In this document: positions 16,909 through 25,607 of the stretch, piece by piece
Layout of the letters: every line of letters starts with the position of its first letter
Position numbering within the stretch: the first letter of the stretch is position 1
NCBI GenBank assembly: GCA_043767805.1
Contig: JAYUGC010000143.1
Location: forward strand, 1-25,703
Length of the DNA: 25,703 bases
Direction: 5' to 3'
DNA from: Pseudomonadota bacterium
Lineage (GTDB): Bacteria > Bdellovibrionota > FAC87 > UBA2466
Program-made: the position numbers and the translations under genes
Notes under the pieces: generated by a model
The model's database searches: none
Told to the model about the DNA's origin: nothing
What the model saw: the letters and a program-made list of their open reading frames with translations, nothing else

Positions 16909-18710
16909 ATCGAAAGCTCGGCCGGGCGTTTCTTCTTTTTGCCGTGGGCCTTCTGCTTGAGGTTCTTGGCCTGGGCGAGACTCGTCGCATCGACCTGAGC
17001 CCCGGAGAGAAGGCGCGCGATCTCACGCGCGCTCTCGTCGTCGGAGAGCGGCACGATCTGCGACTCCGTGCGATCGCCCTTCTTGGTTTTCTTCACCAGG
17101 AAGTGGTTGTCGGCATAGACCGCGACCTGGGGCAAATGCGAGATGCAAAGCACTTGAAAGGAAGAGGCGAGCTCCTGCAGCTTTTTCCCGACGACGTCGG
17201 CAACCCGGCCGGAAATACCGCTGTCGATCTCGTCAAAGACCAAGACGCACGTTTCAGCATCGGCCACGAGCGCTTTTTTGAGCGCGAGCAGGATGCGGGA
17301 CATTTCGCCGCCGGAAGCGATGCGCGCCAGCGGCAACATGGGCTCGCCGGGATTGGCAGACAAGAGAAACCGTCCCTGCTCCGCCCCTCTATCGCCCACG
17401 GAAGTGAGGATCTCCATGGCGCTCTTCCATTCCTCGACGACGCCACCGCCAAAAACCGATAAATCGAGCGCGGGTAAGCCCCGCGTGGTGGGCACGAAAT
17501 CGACGCCGAACTCCGCGCCTTTCATAACGAGCTCCTCGAGCTCTTTCTCCACCGAGTTTTTCACCCGAAGGGCGGCCTCCGCGCGGGCCGCGGAAAGCTT
17601 TTTCGCGACTTTCTCTAAACCTAAAGCTTTTTTCCCGAGAAGCGCGACGGAGGATTCGAGGCGGCTCGCCGCGGTCTCCAGGAACTCGAGCTCACCGCCG
17701 AGGCGCGCGCTTTCTGCCAGTAACAGCTCCACCGTCGGCGTGCCGTGCTTGCGGAAAAGATTTTGATAACCGTAGATGCGCTCCTGCGCATTCTCAAGCT
17801 CCCCTTCGTCGACTTCCACGGAAGAGGCGAGCTTGGTGAGCTCGAAGCTCAAGTCTTCGAGCTGGGCCGCGGCCGACTCGGCTTGCGCGCGAAGCTCCGG
17901 AATGCGCTGAAACGGCTCGCCCATGCCTTCCAAAGCAAAAAGCGCCCGAGCGGCTTCGCGCACCGCGCGGGCCGGATTGGTATCTTCGCCTTCCAATGCG
18001 GCGAGCGCGCCTCCGATGGACTCACTCACTTTGCGGCGGCTATCGCCGTCCAAGGAAAGCGATGCCACGCGGGTGTAATCTTCCTCGCTGGGATCGAAAT
18101 CCTTCAGCGCTTTCAGGCGAAACTCTATGTAGTCGCGGTTCTTCTGCCGCTCGAGAAAACCATCCACGAGAGTACTGACCTCGCGCAAAATTTCGAGGCA
18201 GTCGCGGTTCGCGATTTCGACGGCGGTAAGCGGCGCCGGGTCTTTCAAGAAAGCGTCGAGATAGTTGAGGTGCTCGCTTTCGCGCATGAGACGTTGATTC
18301 TCGTGCTGAGCGAAAATATCGAGTAGCGACTCGCCGAGAGCCCGCAGCGTGGGCTGAGTGACGGAGATGTCATTAACCCAGCCTTGAGCGCGGCCTTTGT
18401 CGGTGAGCTGGCGGCGCAGCAAGATCTCCGTCCGACCGTCCGCGGTTTCCGCCGCGATGCCCAGATCTTCGAGAAGCGATAGCGCGGCATGTCCCTTCGG
18501 CACGCTGAACTCTCCCGAGACGGTGGCCGCCGAGAAACCTTTTCGAACGGTGTCGGGACCCGCCTTACCGCCCATCAGAAAGTTCAGCGCCTTGATGAGA
18601 ATGGATTTTCCCGCGCCAGTTTCGCCCGTAATGACGTTAAAGCCCGGGGAGAATGATATGGAGAGCGACTCTATAATCGCCATTCCCTCGATTTGCAGCC
18701 GGGTAATCAT
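16905..18710 (-). CDS. recN: DNA repair protein RecN
   Basis: Walker A TGETGAGKS, coiled coils, ASGGEMSR signature, VFDEIDSGISG, CISHLPQVA, EIARLLSG. Confidence 0.97.
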   Translation of the reverse strand: MITRLQIEGMAIIESLSISFSPGFNVITGETGAGKSILIKALNFLMGGKAGPDTVRKGFSAATVSGEFSVPKGHAALSLLEDLGIAAETADGRTEILLRRQLTDKGRAQGWVNDISVTQPTLRALGESLLDIFAQHENQRLMRESEHLNYLDAFLKDPAPLTAVEIANRDCLEILREVSTLVDGFLERQKNRDYIEFRLKALKDFDPSEEDYTRVASLSLDGDSRRKVSESIGGALAALEGEDTNPARAVREAARALFALEGMGEPFQRIPELRAQAESAAAQLEDLSFELTKLASSVEVDEGELENAQERIYGYQNLFRKHGTPTVELLLAESARLGGELEFLETAASRLESSVALLGKKALGLEKVAKKLSAARAEAALRVKNSVEKELEELVMKGAEFGVDFVPTTRGLPALDLSVFGGGVVEEWKSAMEILTSVGDRGAEQGRFLLSANPGEPMLPLARIASGGEMSRILLALKKALVADAETCVLVFDEIDSGISGRVADVVGKKLQELASSFQVLCISHLPQVAVYADNHFLVKKTKKGDRTESQIVPLSDDESAREIARLLSGAQVDATSLAQAKNLKQKAHGKKKKRPAELSI

Positions 18711-18747
18711 AAGTGCGGGTTCGGTATCCCTAGTTTCCCTTTAGGCG

Positions 18748-19206
18748 TCAATGAGCGGCGAGTAGCGCGTCGAAGAACGCGTCCGGCTCGGGCGCCGAAG
18801 GCACGGTGCCCTCTCCCAAAAACACTAAATCCTCGTCCGCATCGACCTCGCGCCGAGTGCGGCTGCAAAGGCTCGTCTGAAGCTTTCCTTGCGAATCGAT
18901 ATGAGCGTACACCAGGTAATTATCCCCCTCGCGGAACCCGTAGCCGCACATGGCGGAGCTCGACCACGTCCCCACTACTACATGCCGGGAGGTCAGCCCT
19001 TTCCAGAAACGATCCACTTTAAATTTCACCTGCACTTCACCGAAAGGCTGAGACGAGCTCGGCGCAGCGACTTTTTCGGCTTTGCCGAGAAAGATGGCGG
19101 AGGCCTGAGCCGCGGCTTGTTGAGGGGTGAAACCCGGGGCGCAACTACAGGCCCAGCTGCTTCTTGCTAACGAAAAAACGCAGAGAACGGAAAACCAAAA
19201 CCGCAT
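18748..19206 (-). CDS. Secreted single-domain TIMP-like (N-TIMP/NTR fold) protein
   Basis: SD GGGAGG before ATG 19206. Signal peptide ends SSWA, followed by CSCAP..TPQQA, FWKG, SSAMCG, G..YLVY and GKLQTSLC, which is the N-TIMP motif pattern. Confidence 0.85.
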   Translation of the reverse strand: MRFWFSVLCVFSLARSSWACSCAPGFTPQQAAAQASAIFLGKAEKVAAPSSSQPFGEVQVKFKVDRFWKGLTSRHVVVGTWSSSAMCGYGFREGDNYLVYAHIDSQGKLQTSLCSRTRREVDADEDLVFLGEGTVPSAPEPDAFFDALLAAH

Positions 19207-19234
19207 CGAACCTCCCAAATGAACTAACCTGGAA

Positions 19235-19263
19235 ACCCTACAAAGACGGGCCTCTGCGGTCAA
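19235..19263 (-). promoter_or_regulatory. Candidate sigma70 promoter for the TIMP-like gene
   Basis: TTGACC-N17-TAGGGT on the minus strand. Confidence 0.55.
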
Positions 19264-19373
19264 CGCTTACCCATCTTGACGCTCCCAACCAAAACGACAC
19301 CGGCTACCAGGAATATTTTGTTCGTTTTTTATTGTTAACGGGACTTTTAGGCTCGCAAAGATAGCGCTCCCAG

Positions 19374-19389
19374 CGGCACGGAGATTGCT
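19374..19389 (+). promoter_or_regulatory. Candidate sigma54 -24/-12 promoter for the metalloprotease
   Basis: CGGCACGGAGATTGCT versus consensus TGGCACG-N4-TTGCW, with an AT-rich tract upstream (about 19311-19338). Confidence 0.6.
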
Positions 19390-19546
19390 CTACATTCATA
19401 AGTGGTTGGGGCGCTGCGGCCAATGGGGGTTGGCGGGCGCCAAGATGGAATTGCTCACGTTGAGACTGGTTTCTCGTTCACCGTTCTACGCTCTTCGCTG
19501 ACACCCAAAAAAACTTATTAATGTAACAGCCTGGGGGTGTGCCTTG

Positions 19547-21802
19547 ATGAAGCGACGCGTGTTCTCGTCTCTGAGTCTCGTTCTGACTTCTCTTTTCCTT
19601 CTGAGCGCCTGCCAAAAGGGGGAAACGCTCACTGAAGCGAACCTCGTGACGGCGGACTCCGTGGCGGACGGCCGCAAGATTGGAAGCGCGCAAACGCCCT
19701 TCTCGGTCCTGTCGTCCAGCGACGCGAAGAAAGACGTCGCCAGCGGAAAAATCCTGCTCGCCAGCTCGGAAAAAGGCGGGCGCCTCTTGAAGGCTCTCGT
19801 CGACCCGACGCCCGCGGACCCCGCCCTGGCAACGACTCCCGCCCCGGCTCCCGCGGCTCCGGCCGTAGAGCCCGACCGGGCCAACTCTCTCGTCTTGGGA
19901 TTTCCCATCGGATTACTTGGCGAAGCGCAAGTTTTCGGAGGCGTCATCACGAAGGCCTCGAAGGGCGATAGCGAGACCATCGGCCGCTTGAAGCTCATTG
20001 ATCTAACGCCGCTTCACATCCGGCCGGTAGTTGCGACCGCGTTGGACGGAAGCTATAGCCTGGCTCTCATCGGTTGCGCGCAAGCGTGCACGGAAACTTC
20101 CGTGCCGAGCCGCCTTCAGGACATTCCCATCGTCGGCATCAATCAGGCGGACAGCACCCTCATCCTCGATCTCGCGACCTTGGGTGACGACCTGAATCTC
20201 GTACAGATGATGGATCCGAAGGGCGACTATCTGAAGATGAAGACGAAGACGTCTCAAGTCGTCCTCTTCGATTACTCGGTTTCCACTCTCGTCTTTGACG
20301 TCGAAGTGACGATGATTCCTCTCGACGCCGCCGCCCTTCAGGACGAAGTGAAGTTCACCGCCCGCTGGTACTTGCGCCTGGGCTCCGTGTTCCACTCGGA
20401 GTTCCTCTCGCGCCCGGCGGTTCCCGGTGTCGGCTTCTTCATGACCGAGCGGACGGCGACGCCGAAAATTCAGCGTCACAACCTCACTCAGCTCATCCCG
20501 GGCCAGGCTCCGGTGAAGTACTACATCAAGAACGTTCCCGTCGAGTACCAGGCGTCGTTCGCCAAAGCGTTCGATAACTGGAACGAAGTCTTGAAAAAGG
20601 AAGTGGGCACAGCCCTGCTCCGTTACGAGTTCGTCGACGCCACCGACCCGAGGGCGAAGCTCCTCATCGCGGGCGATCCTCGCTACAACATCGTCGAATG
20701 GGATCTGGACAACCTCGCCCCTTACGGCGGCTTGGGACCCTCGATCGCCAACCAGTTCACGGGTGAAATGCTCACCTCCAACATCCTGGTGCAAGGCCCG
20801 CATATCGTCGAGCTCTACACCAACTGGTTCAAGGTCGGTGAAGTGGCGCGGAACTTGAAAGCCCGCGGCATGGACGAAGAAGCTTCCACGTTACTGCGCG
20901 ACTACGCTCGCTCGGTGGATAAGGACATGAAGCGTCTCGCGTCCGCCGGGAAAGTCGAGATGTCTCTCGGTAACTTGAAGTTGCGGGTACCATCGCAGAT
21001 GCCTGAGCTCGAGGATCCGCTCTTCGCGCGGGACGACTTCGAGCTCCTTCCGCCGAACATGAAGTACGAAGAGTACATGTCCGGCTACTGGGCGGAGCTC
21101 GTGGGCCATGAGATGGGCCACAACTTGGGCCTTCGTCATAACTTCCGTGGCAACTTGAGCGCCGAGGCCGTGAAGACTCCGGGCAAAGTCTCGGGCAGCA
21201 TCATGGAGTACTTGGGCCGCGGCTTCCGTTACCTGGATACCGTTGGACCCTACGACGTCATGGCGCTCGCCTACGGCTACCACGGCAAGACGCCGACGGT
21301 TCTCACCACGTTCTGCACCGACGAGGATGTCGCGGATCTGAAGACGAAGGGCAATTCTCCGGAATGCTCTCGGGACGATGCCACGCCGGATCCGTTCGGC
21401 TTCTTCGAATCGCGTCTCGCCCGGGCGGTGAGCCTCCTCACCAATCCCGGCAAGACGGTCGCTTCCACGTGGACGCTGGCCGATCTCGAAGGACCGCTCG
21501 GCATCTCGGTGGGCGGCATGGGACTCTATGCCGCGAGTGCCTCGGTCACCGGAGCGAAGTGGACCAATTTCTTCAACGGGGGCGATAGACCCTGGTTCAC
21601 CTCGGGCGTGAAGCCTTACGTGATCAAGAAGATTAAGGCTCAGCTCTGCGACGCGAAACTCGGCGACGCGATCGCCGAGAAGGCGTCGCTCGAGGACAGA
21701 AGCAAGACGGCGTCTCTCGTCGGCGCGCTGCGCGCAAAGGTCGCCTCGCTCTTGACCGGCGCCGGAATTACCGCCGCCGACCTGACCTGCGTCTCTCGAT
21801 AA
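19547..21802 (+). CDS. Lipoprotein zinc metalloprotease, metzincin clan (EcxA/matrixin-like)
   Basis: Lipobox LSAC; Pro/Ala linker; VKYYI..VP......AF..WN; HEMGHNLGLRH (HExxHxxGxxH); Met-turn SIMEY; GPYD.MAL.YGY. Confidence 0.92.
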   Translation: MKRRVFSSLSLVLTSLFLLSACQKGETLTEANLVTADSVADGRKIGSAQTPFSVLSSSDAKKDVASGKILLASSEKGGRLLKALVDPTPADPALATTPAPAPAAPAVEPDRANSLVLGFPIGLLGEAQVFGGVITKASKGDSETIGRLKLIDLTPLHIRPVVATALDGSYSLALIGCAQACTETSVPSRLQDIPIVGINQADSTLILDLATLGDDLNLVQMMDPKGDYLKMKTKTSQVVLFDYSVSTLVFDVEVTMIPLDAAALQDEVKFTARWYLRLGSVFHSEFLSRPAVPGVGFFMTERTATPKIQRHNLTQLIPGQAPVKYYIKNVPVEYQASFAKAFDNWNEVLKKEVGTALLRYEFVDATDPRAKLLIAGDPRYNIVEWDLDNLAPYGGLGPSIANQFTGEMLTSNILVQGPHIVELYTNWFKVGEVARNLKARGMDEEASTLLRDYARSVDKDMKRLASAGKVEMSLGNLKLRVPSQMPELEDPLFARDDFELLPPNMKYEEYMSGYWAELVGHEMGHNLGLRHNFRGNLSAEAVKTPGKVSGSIMEYLGRGFRYLDTVGPYDVMALAYGYHGKTPTVLTTFCTDEDVADLKTKGNSPECSRDDATPDPFGFFESRLARAVSLLTNPGKTVASTWTLADLEGPLGISVGGMGLYAASASVTGAKWTNFFNGGDRPWFTSGVKPYVIKKIKAQLCDAKLGDAIAEKASLEDRSKTASLVGALRAKVASLLTGAGITAADLTCVSR

Positions 21803-21815
21803 GTTCCTAATCCTT

Positions 21816-21851
21816 AAAGAGCCCGCTCTCCGAACGGGGAGCGGGCTTTTT
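21816..21851. terminator. Rho-independent terminator, probably bidirectional
   Basis: AAAG-AGCCCGCTCTCC-GAAC-GGGGAGCGGGCT-TTTT between convergent genes. Confidence 0.88.
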
Positions 21852-21889
21852 CACGTCCGCAAGGGAGAGATCTAATGGATTACCTCGTA

Positions 21890-21921
21890 CCAGCATCCAG
21901 CATCCAGCATCCAGCAACCAG
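21890..21921. repeat. Heptanucleotide tandem repeat (CCAGCAT)3 CCAGCAA CCAG
   Basis: Read directly from the intergenic sequence. Confidence 0.9.
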
Positions 21922-21955
21922 TGACCGGGCCGGATCGAACGCGCGGTAGCGCGGC

Positions 21956-23218
21956 TTAGCGAGAGCGGACTTTTTTGGGAGCGCGGTAGTAGCCTTCGAT
22001 AAAGTGGCGGGCGATGCGCGACGCCTTGATCCGCCATTTCTCGACATTTACCGTCAGCGCCGCGACGGCGATGCGGCTACCATCGGCAAGCGCATAACCC
22101 ACGAACCAGTCGGTGTTGCCAACGGGATCCAAGCCGCGCAGAGAACCGGTCTTGCCGCCAATCTCGAACACATCGGGCCGGATGTAATGGCGAATGCCCG
22201 CAAACGATCCGACCGCCGTTCCGGCGGTGACCGTTTCGCGCATCAGCTTTCTCAGCTCGTACGCGGTCTCGGGCCGCATCACGCGGGAGGCGACCTTCGG
22301 CTTTGGCTCATAGAGCACGTCGCCATCGGAGTTCGCCGCCGGAGAGCCGTCCCATTTCATCAAGCCATCGACGACATGAGGCTCGACGATGACGCCATCG
22401 TTGGCGACAGCCGAAGCGATGAGGGCCGCCTGCAAAGGGCTCATGCGCACGCCGCGGTTATAGCCCGACGCCACTTCCGCGATGGAGAACGCGTCCGGGC
22501 CCGCGAGTTCGAACGCGCCGGCCTGCACGGGCAAGTCGCCGGGAATCTCTCTATTGAATAGGAAACGATCCGCGTACTCTTCCATGCCGAGCTCGCCCAC
22601 GTGCCGGATGCCGACCATGCCGAAAACGGTGTTGATGGATTTCGCGAAGGCCTTCTTGATGCTGACGATGCGGGTCCAGCGGTTTTTCGAGAAGCTCGTC
22701 ACATTCCGACGATAAAGCGTGTGATCGGAGCCGTTGAACTCGATGTTGCTATCGGAGTTGAGCTTTCCCGAATCGAGCGCCGCGGTGGCGGTCACGATCT
22801 TGAAAATGGAAGCGGAGGGGAAGGAAGCGCGCAGCGCGAGGTTTCCCAGATTCGAGCTCTCGTCCTTGATGTAGCTGACGAGCGAGAGCACGCGGCCGGT
22901 CTCCGGATCGAGCGCGACGAAAGCGCCGTAGTCGGGCTTATACGCCTCGAAGAGCTTTTCCATGCGCTCTTGCATCTCGTTGTTCAGCGTATATTTCGCG
23001 CGCGCGAGATAACTCACGTCCTCGCCGGCGAAACGAAGCTCGTCGGGAAAAACGCCTTCCGCGAGCGGCTCACGCAACGCTTGCGAAATCAGCGTCTGCA
23101 ACTTCGGCGTGTTGCCCGAAACTTGCTGAATCACGGGACGAGAGTGACCGAGCACCCAAATGATGGCCATCGACCCCAGTACCGATACCAAGACTGTGAA
23201 CCAAGAATCTTTCTTCAC
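21956..23218 (-). CDS. Penicillin-binding protein, transpeptidase domain with TM anchor
   Basis: N-terminal TM; GAFVALDPETGRVL; ASIFK (SxxK); KSIN (SxN); MSPLQAA; GGKTGS; WFVGY. GTG start. Confidence 0.9.
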   Translation of the reverse strand: MKKDSWFTVLVSVLGSMAIIWVLGHSRPVIQQVSGNTPKLQTLISQALREPLAEGVFPDELRFAGEDVSYLARAKYTLNNEMQERMEKLFEAYKPDYGAFVALDPETGRVLSLVSYIKDESSNLGNLALRASFPSASIFKIVTATAALDSGKLNSDSNIEFNGSDHTLYRRNVTSFSKNRWTRIVSIKKAFAKSINTVFGMVGIRHVGELGMEEYADRFLFNREIPGDLPVQAGAFELAGPDAFSIAEVASGYNRGVRMSPLQAALIASAVANDGVIVEPHVVDGLMKWDGSPAANSDGDVLYEPKPKVASRVMRPETAYELRKLMRETVTAGTAVGSFAGIRHYIRPDVFEIGGKTGSLRGLDPVGNTDWFVGYALADGSRIAVAALTVNVEKWRIKASRIARHFIEGYYRAPKKVRSR

Positions 23219-23227
23219 GAGGTCTTA

Positions 23228-23256
23228 ATTATAGACGAGGAGCCGGGAATGCTTAA
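23228..23256 (-). promoter_or_regulatory. Candidate sigma70 promoter for the PBP
   Basis: TTAAGC-N17-TATAAT, 9 nt before GTG 23218. Confidence 0.55.
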
Positions 23257-23257
23257 C

Positions 23258-24598
23258 TCAAACTTGCGGAAAAACGATCGTCACTTCGGTACCCTGGGGC
23301 CCGGATGTGAAGTCGAGCTTCCATTCGTATCTCTGACAGATGGCGTGGACCCAAGCTAGCCCAAGACCAGTACCGGAAGAATCGCCGCTCTCGTCCCCTC
23401 GATTGAACGGAAGGCCGATGCCCTTGAGCACCGCGTCGGGAATCCCGCGCCCGACGTCCGAAATCTTCAACAAAGTACCTTCGAGAGAAACCTCAACGAG
23501 TCCGGAGGAATATTTCAAAGCGTTCGAGAAAAGATTCGAGAGCACTTGCTCCAGGTGCGCGGGCTGAGCAAATACCGTGCAGTCTCCCGAAACGGTGAGC
23601 TTTAATCGATCGGGATAGGGCCCCTGATGACGCTGCACTTCCCCCGAGAGAAATCCCGCCACCTTAATAGCGTGGAGATGAGTCATTTCTCCCGCCGCGT
23701 TCTCCAGCGCGCTCCATTCCAGAAAGCCGCTGATGATTTCGTTTAGGCGCTCGATTTCGAGAATGGCGACGTCGGGGTTGCCCCCCTTCTTGATGCCCTC
23801 CACCGCGTTGCGCGCAATGGTGAGCGGCGTTTTCAGCTCATGGGCAAGCTGAGCCGTGCGCGTACGCTGAGACTTCGCCGTCTCGCGAATGCGCTCGACG
23901 AGCCGCTCGATGCCCTCGGCGAGCTCGCGAATCTCTCCCCGGTTTTGCGTCGACAAGCGCTTTAAACGCGCGAGGCTCGCCGGCTCGTGCCCCGACATGT
24001 AAGTGTCGAGACTCGTCGCCAAATGCCTCAGGTAACGGGCCAGCACCCGAAGCGGCTTAAGCAATACGACGCTGAGCGAATACGAAACAATTACGACGAG
24101 TAAGATGACGAGAGCGATGTAAAGAATGAGGCTCGTATTGAGCTGACGCCATCGAATGAGATCGCGGTCCATCAACAAGCCGACCTGAAGCGTGCGATCG
24201 GTATTGGGCAGACGAAGCGACAGAATGCGCACGAGATGATGCCCGCGCTCCACCATCTGCCAACGCTCGCCCACCGGAAAGTTGGCCCCTAAAAGGACGG
24301 CGTTGCGGTTACTGTAGACGGGCCGGTTCTGTTTGTCGTAGAGGACGATGACCAAGTCGACGCGCTCCTGCCCCAAGGCATCGGCGATGATGTCGTTGGC
24401 CTCCTCGACGTCCTCAATTTCCGATACGGAAAGATCGGATGAGTAGAGAGCCGACGCCATCTCCTCGATGCGGCGATCCACGAGCCGGCTTTGCTCGTCG
24501 CGGAAAAATTTCGACTGAATGGTGGCCACCGTCCCGACGGTGATGAGAAGAGCCGCCAGCGTCGTAAAGAAGAAGCGAAGCCTCACGGCTCGACCCAA
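23258..24598 (-). CDS. Membrane sensor histidine kinase
   Basis: Two TM segments, HAMP-like region, H box AHELKTPL, N box NLFSNALKY, G1 DVGRG, G2 GTGLGL. TTG start overlaps the regulator's 3' end. Confidence 0.92.
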   Translation of the reverse strand: MGRAVRLRFFFTTLAALLITVGTVATIQSKFFRDEQSRLVDRRIEEMASALYSSDLSVSEIEDVEEANDIIADALGQERVDLVIVLYDKQNRPVYSNRNAVLLGANFPVGERWQMVERGHHLVRILSLRLPNTDRTLQVGLLMDRDLIRWRQLNTSLILYIALVILLVVIVSYSLSVVLLKPLRVLARYLRHLATSLDTYMSGHEPASLARLKRLSTQNRGEIRELAEGIERLVERIRETAKSQRTRTAQLAHELKTPLTIARNAVEGIKKGGNPDVAILEIERLNEIISGFLEWSALENAAGEMTHLHAIKVAGFLSGEVQRHQGPYPDRLKLTVSGDCTVFAQPAHLEQVLSNLFSNALKYSSGLVEVSLEGTLLKISDVGRGIPDAVLKGIGLPFNRGDESGDSSGTGLGLAWVHAICQRYEWKLDFTSGPQGTEVTIVFPQV

Positions 24599-25260
24599 TA
24601 CCCGACGTTGCGCTTACTCAAGACTTCGAGCTTGGAGCCTGATTCCTTTAGTTTTTTTCGGAGCGCGTTGACCGTGACTTCCACCACGTTGGACTCGATG
24701 TCGGCCTGCACGTCCCAGATCCGATCGAGGAGCTGGAAACGGTGGTAGACGCGCCCCGGGTGCTCGATGAGCGCGCAGAGAAGCTGAAACTCTTTTTTGC
24801 CGAGATCCACGCGCTTGCCCTCGACCGAAACCCCTTGGGATCGCAAATCCACGATGACGTCCCGGCACTGGAAAAGCATCCCGGTGGTCGCGGCCGAGCC
24901 GCGGCGGGAAAGCGCTCTGAGGCGGGCCGAGAGCTCGTTGAAGGAAAAGGGCTTGGCCATGTAGTCGTCGGCCCCGAGATCGAGGGCGGACGCCTTTTCG
25001 TCGGCGAAGTTGACCGCCGAGAGGACCACGATGCGGCAGTTGGGAAAACGCAGGCGAAAGGGCTGAATGAGGCACATGCCGTCCTCGCCCTTCAAGAGCC
25101 GGTCCAAAATCAAAATATCGGGCGCCGGCGTGCCGGTGACGAGGACCATGCGGGCCTCTTCCACCGTCTCGCATCTCTGCACGGCGTAACCGCCGGCCTG
25201 AAGGGACTCGGCAAGATAGGACGCCACCCGGACGTCGTCTTCCACCACCAGCACTTGCAT
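24583..25260 (-). CDS. OmpR/PhoB family response regulator
   Basis: VLVVEDD, LILDR (phospho-Asp), GADDYMAKPF, KEFQLL, NVVEVTV..LRKKL, RNVGY. Alternative start 25278. Confidence 0.95.
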   Translation of the reverse strand: MQVLVVEDDVRVASYLAESLQAGGYAVQRCETVEEARMVLVTGTPAPDILILDRLLKGEDGMCLIQPFRLRFPNCRIVVLSAVNFADEKASALDLGADDYMAKPFSFNELSARLRALSRRGSAATTGMLFQCRDVIVDLRSQGVSVEGKRVDLGKKEFQLLCALIEHPGRVYHRFQLLDRIWDVQADIESNVVEVTVNALRKKLKESGSKLEVLSKRNVGYWVEP

Positions 25261-25302
25261 GGGGTTACCTAACCTCATGATTCCGGCCTTGTCGACGGGG
25301 CC

Positions 25303-25340
25303 AAAGAAAAAAGGGGCTACGGGTCGTCCCCGCAGCCCCT
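25303..25340 (-). terminator. Rho-independent terminator after the small secreted protein
   Basis: Minus strand AGGGGCTGCGGG-GACGA-CCCGTAGCCCCT-TTTTTCTTT. Confidence 0.88.
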
Positions 25341-25364
25341 CTCAAACCATGAACAAGGAGACGA

Positions 25365-25607
25365 TTAGTGCTTCGTCTTTTCCTTGATGCAAGCCTTGAG
25401 GTCGTCCTTTTTCTTGCCTTCTTTTTGGCACTCGGACTTCGCCTGCTTGTACGTGACCTTCTTCTCAGCGGACGCCGTCGTGGCGGCGGCCGGAGCGGTT
25501 TCCGTCACGGGAGCGGAAGCCGGCGGAGCGGTGTCCGTGGTGGCGGCAGGCGGGTTGGCGAACAAGGGAAGAGCGGCGAACGCGGCCAAGAGGAATAGAT
25601 TCTTCAT
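25365..25607 (-). CDS. Small secreted protein with a two-Cys basic C-terminal module (PsiF-repeat-like)
   Basis: SD AAGGAG; signal peptide MKNLFLLAAFAALPLFA; Ala/Pro/Thr linker; YKQAKSECQKEGKKKDDLKACIKEK; own terminator. Confidence 0.8.
   Translation of the reverse strand: MKNLFLLAAFAALPLFANPPAATTDTAPPASAPVTETAPAAATTASAEKKVTYKQAKSECQKEGKKKDDLKACIKEKTKH

Noticed and set aside
18711..18747. LexA/SOS box upstream of recN
   Set aside because: No CTGT-N8-ACAG or GAAC-N4-GTTC type motif is visible; a lineage-specific box cannot be excluded.
19164..19364. 66-aa plus-strand ORF in the TIMP-protease intergenic region
   Set aside because: Non-standard start, no SD, and it overlaps the TIMP start and promoter.
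19800..19875. GC-rich quasi-repeats in the protease gene
   Set aside because: Explained by the Pro/Ala linker codons.
21807..22037. 76-aa ORF spanning the heptamer repeat, or a CRISPR-like array
   Set aside because: It crosses a terminator and overlaps the PBP; the repeat is a spacerless 7-mer and no cas genes are present.
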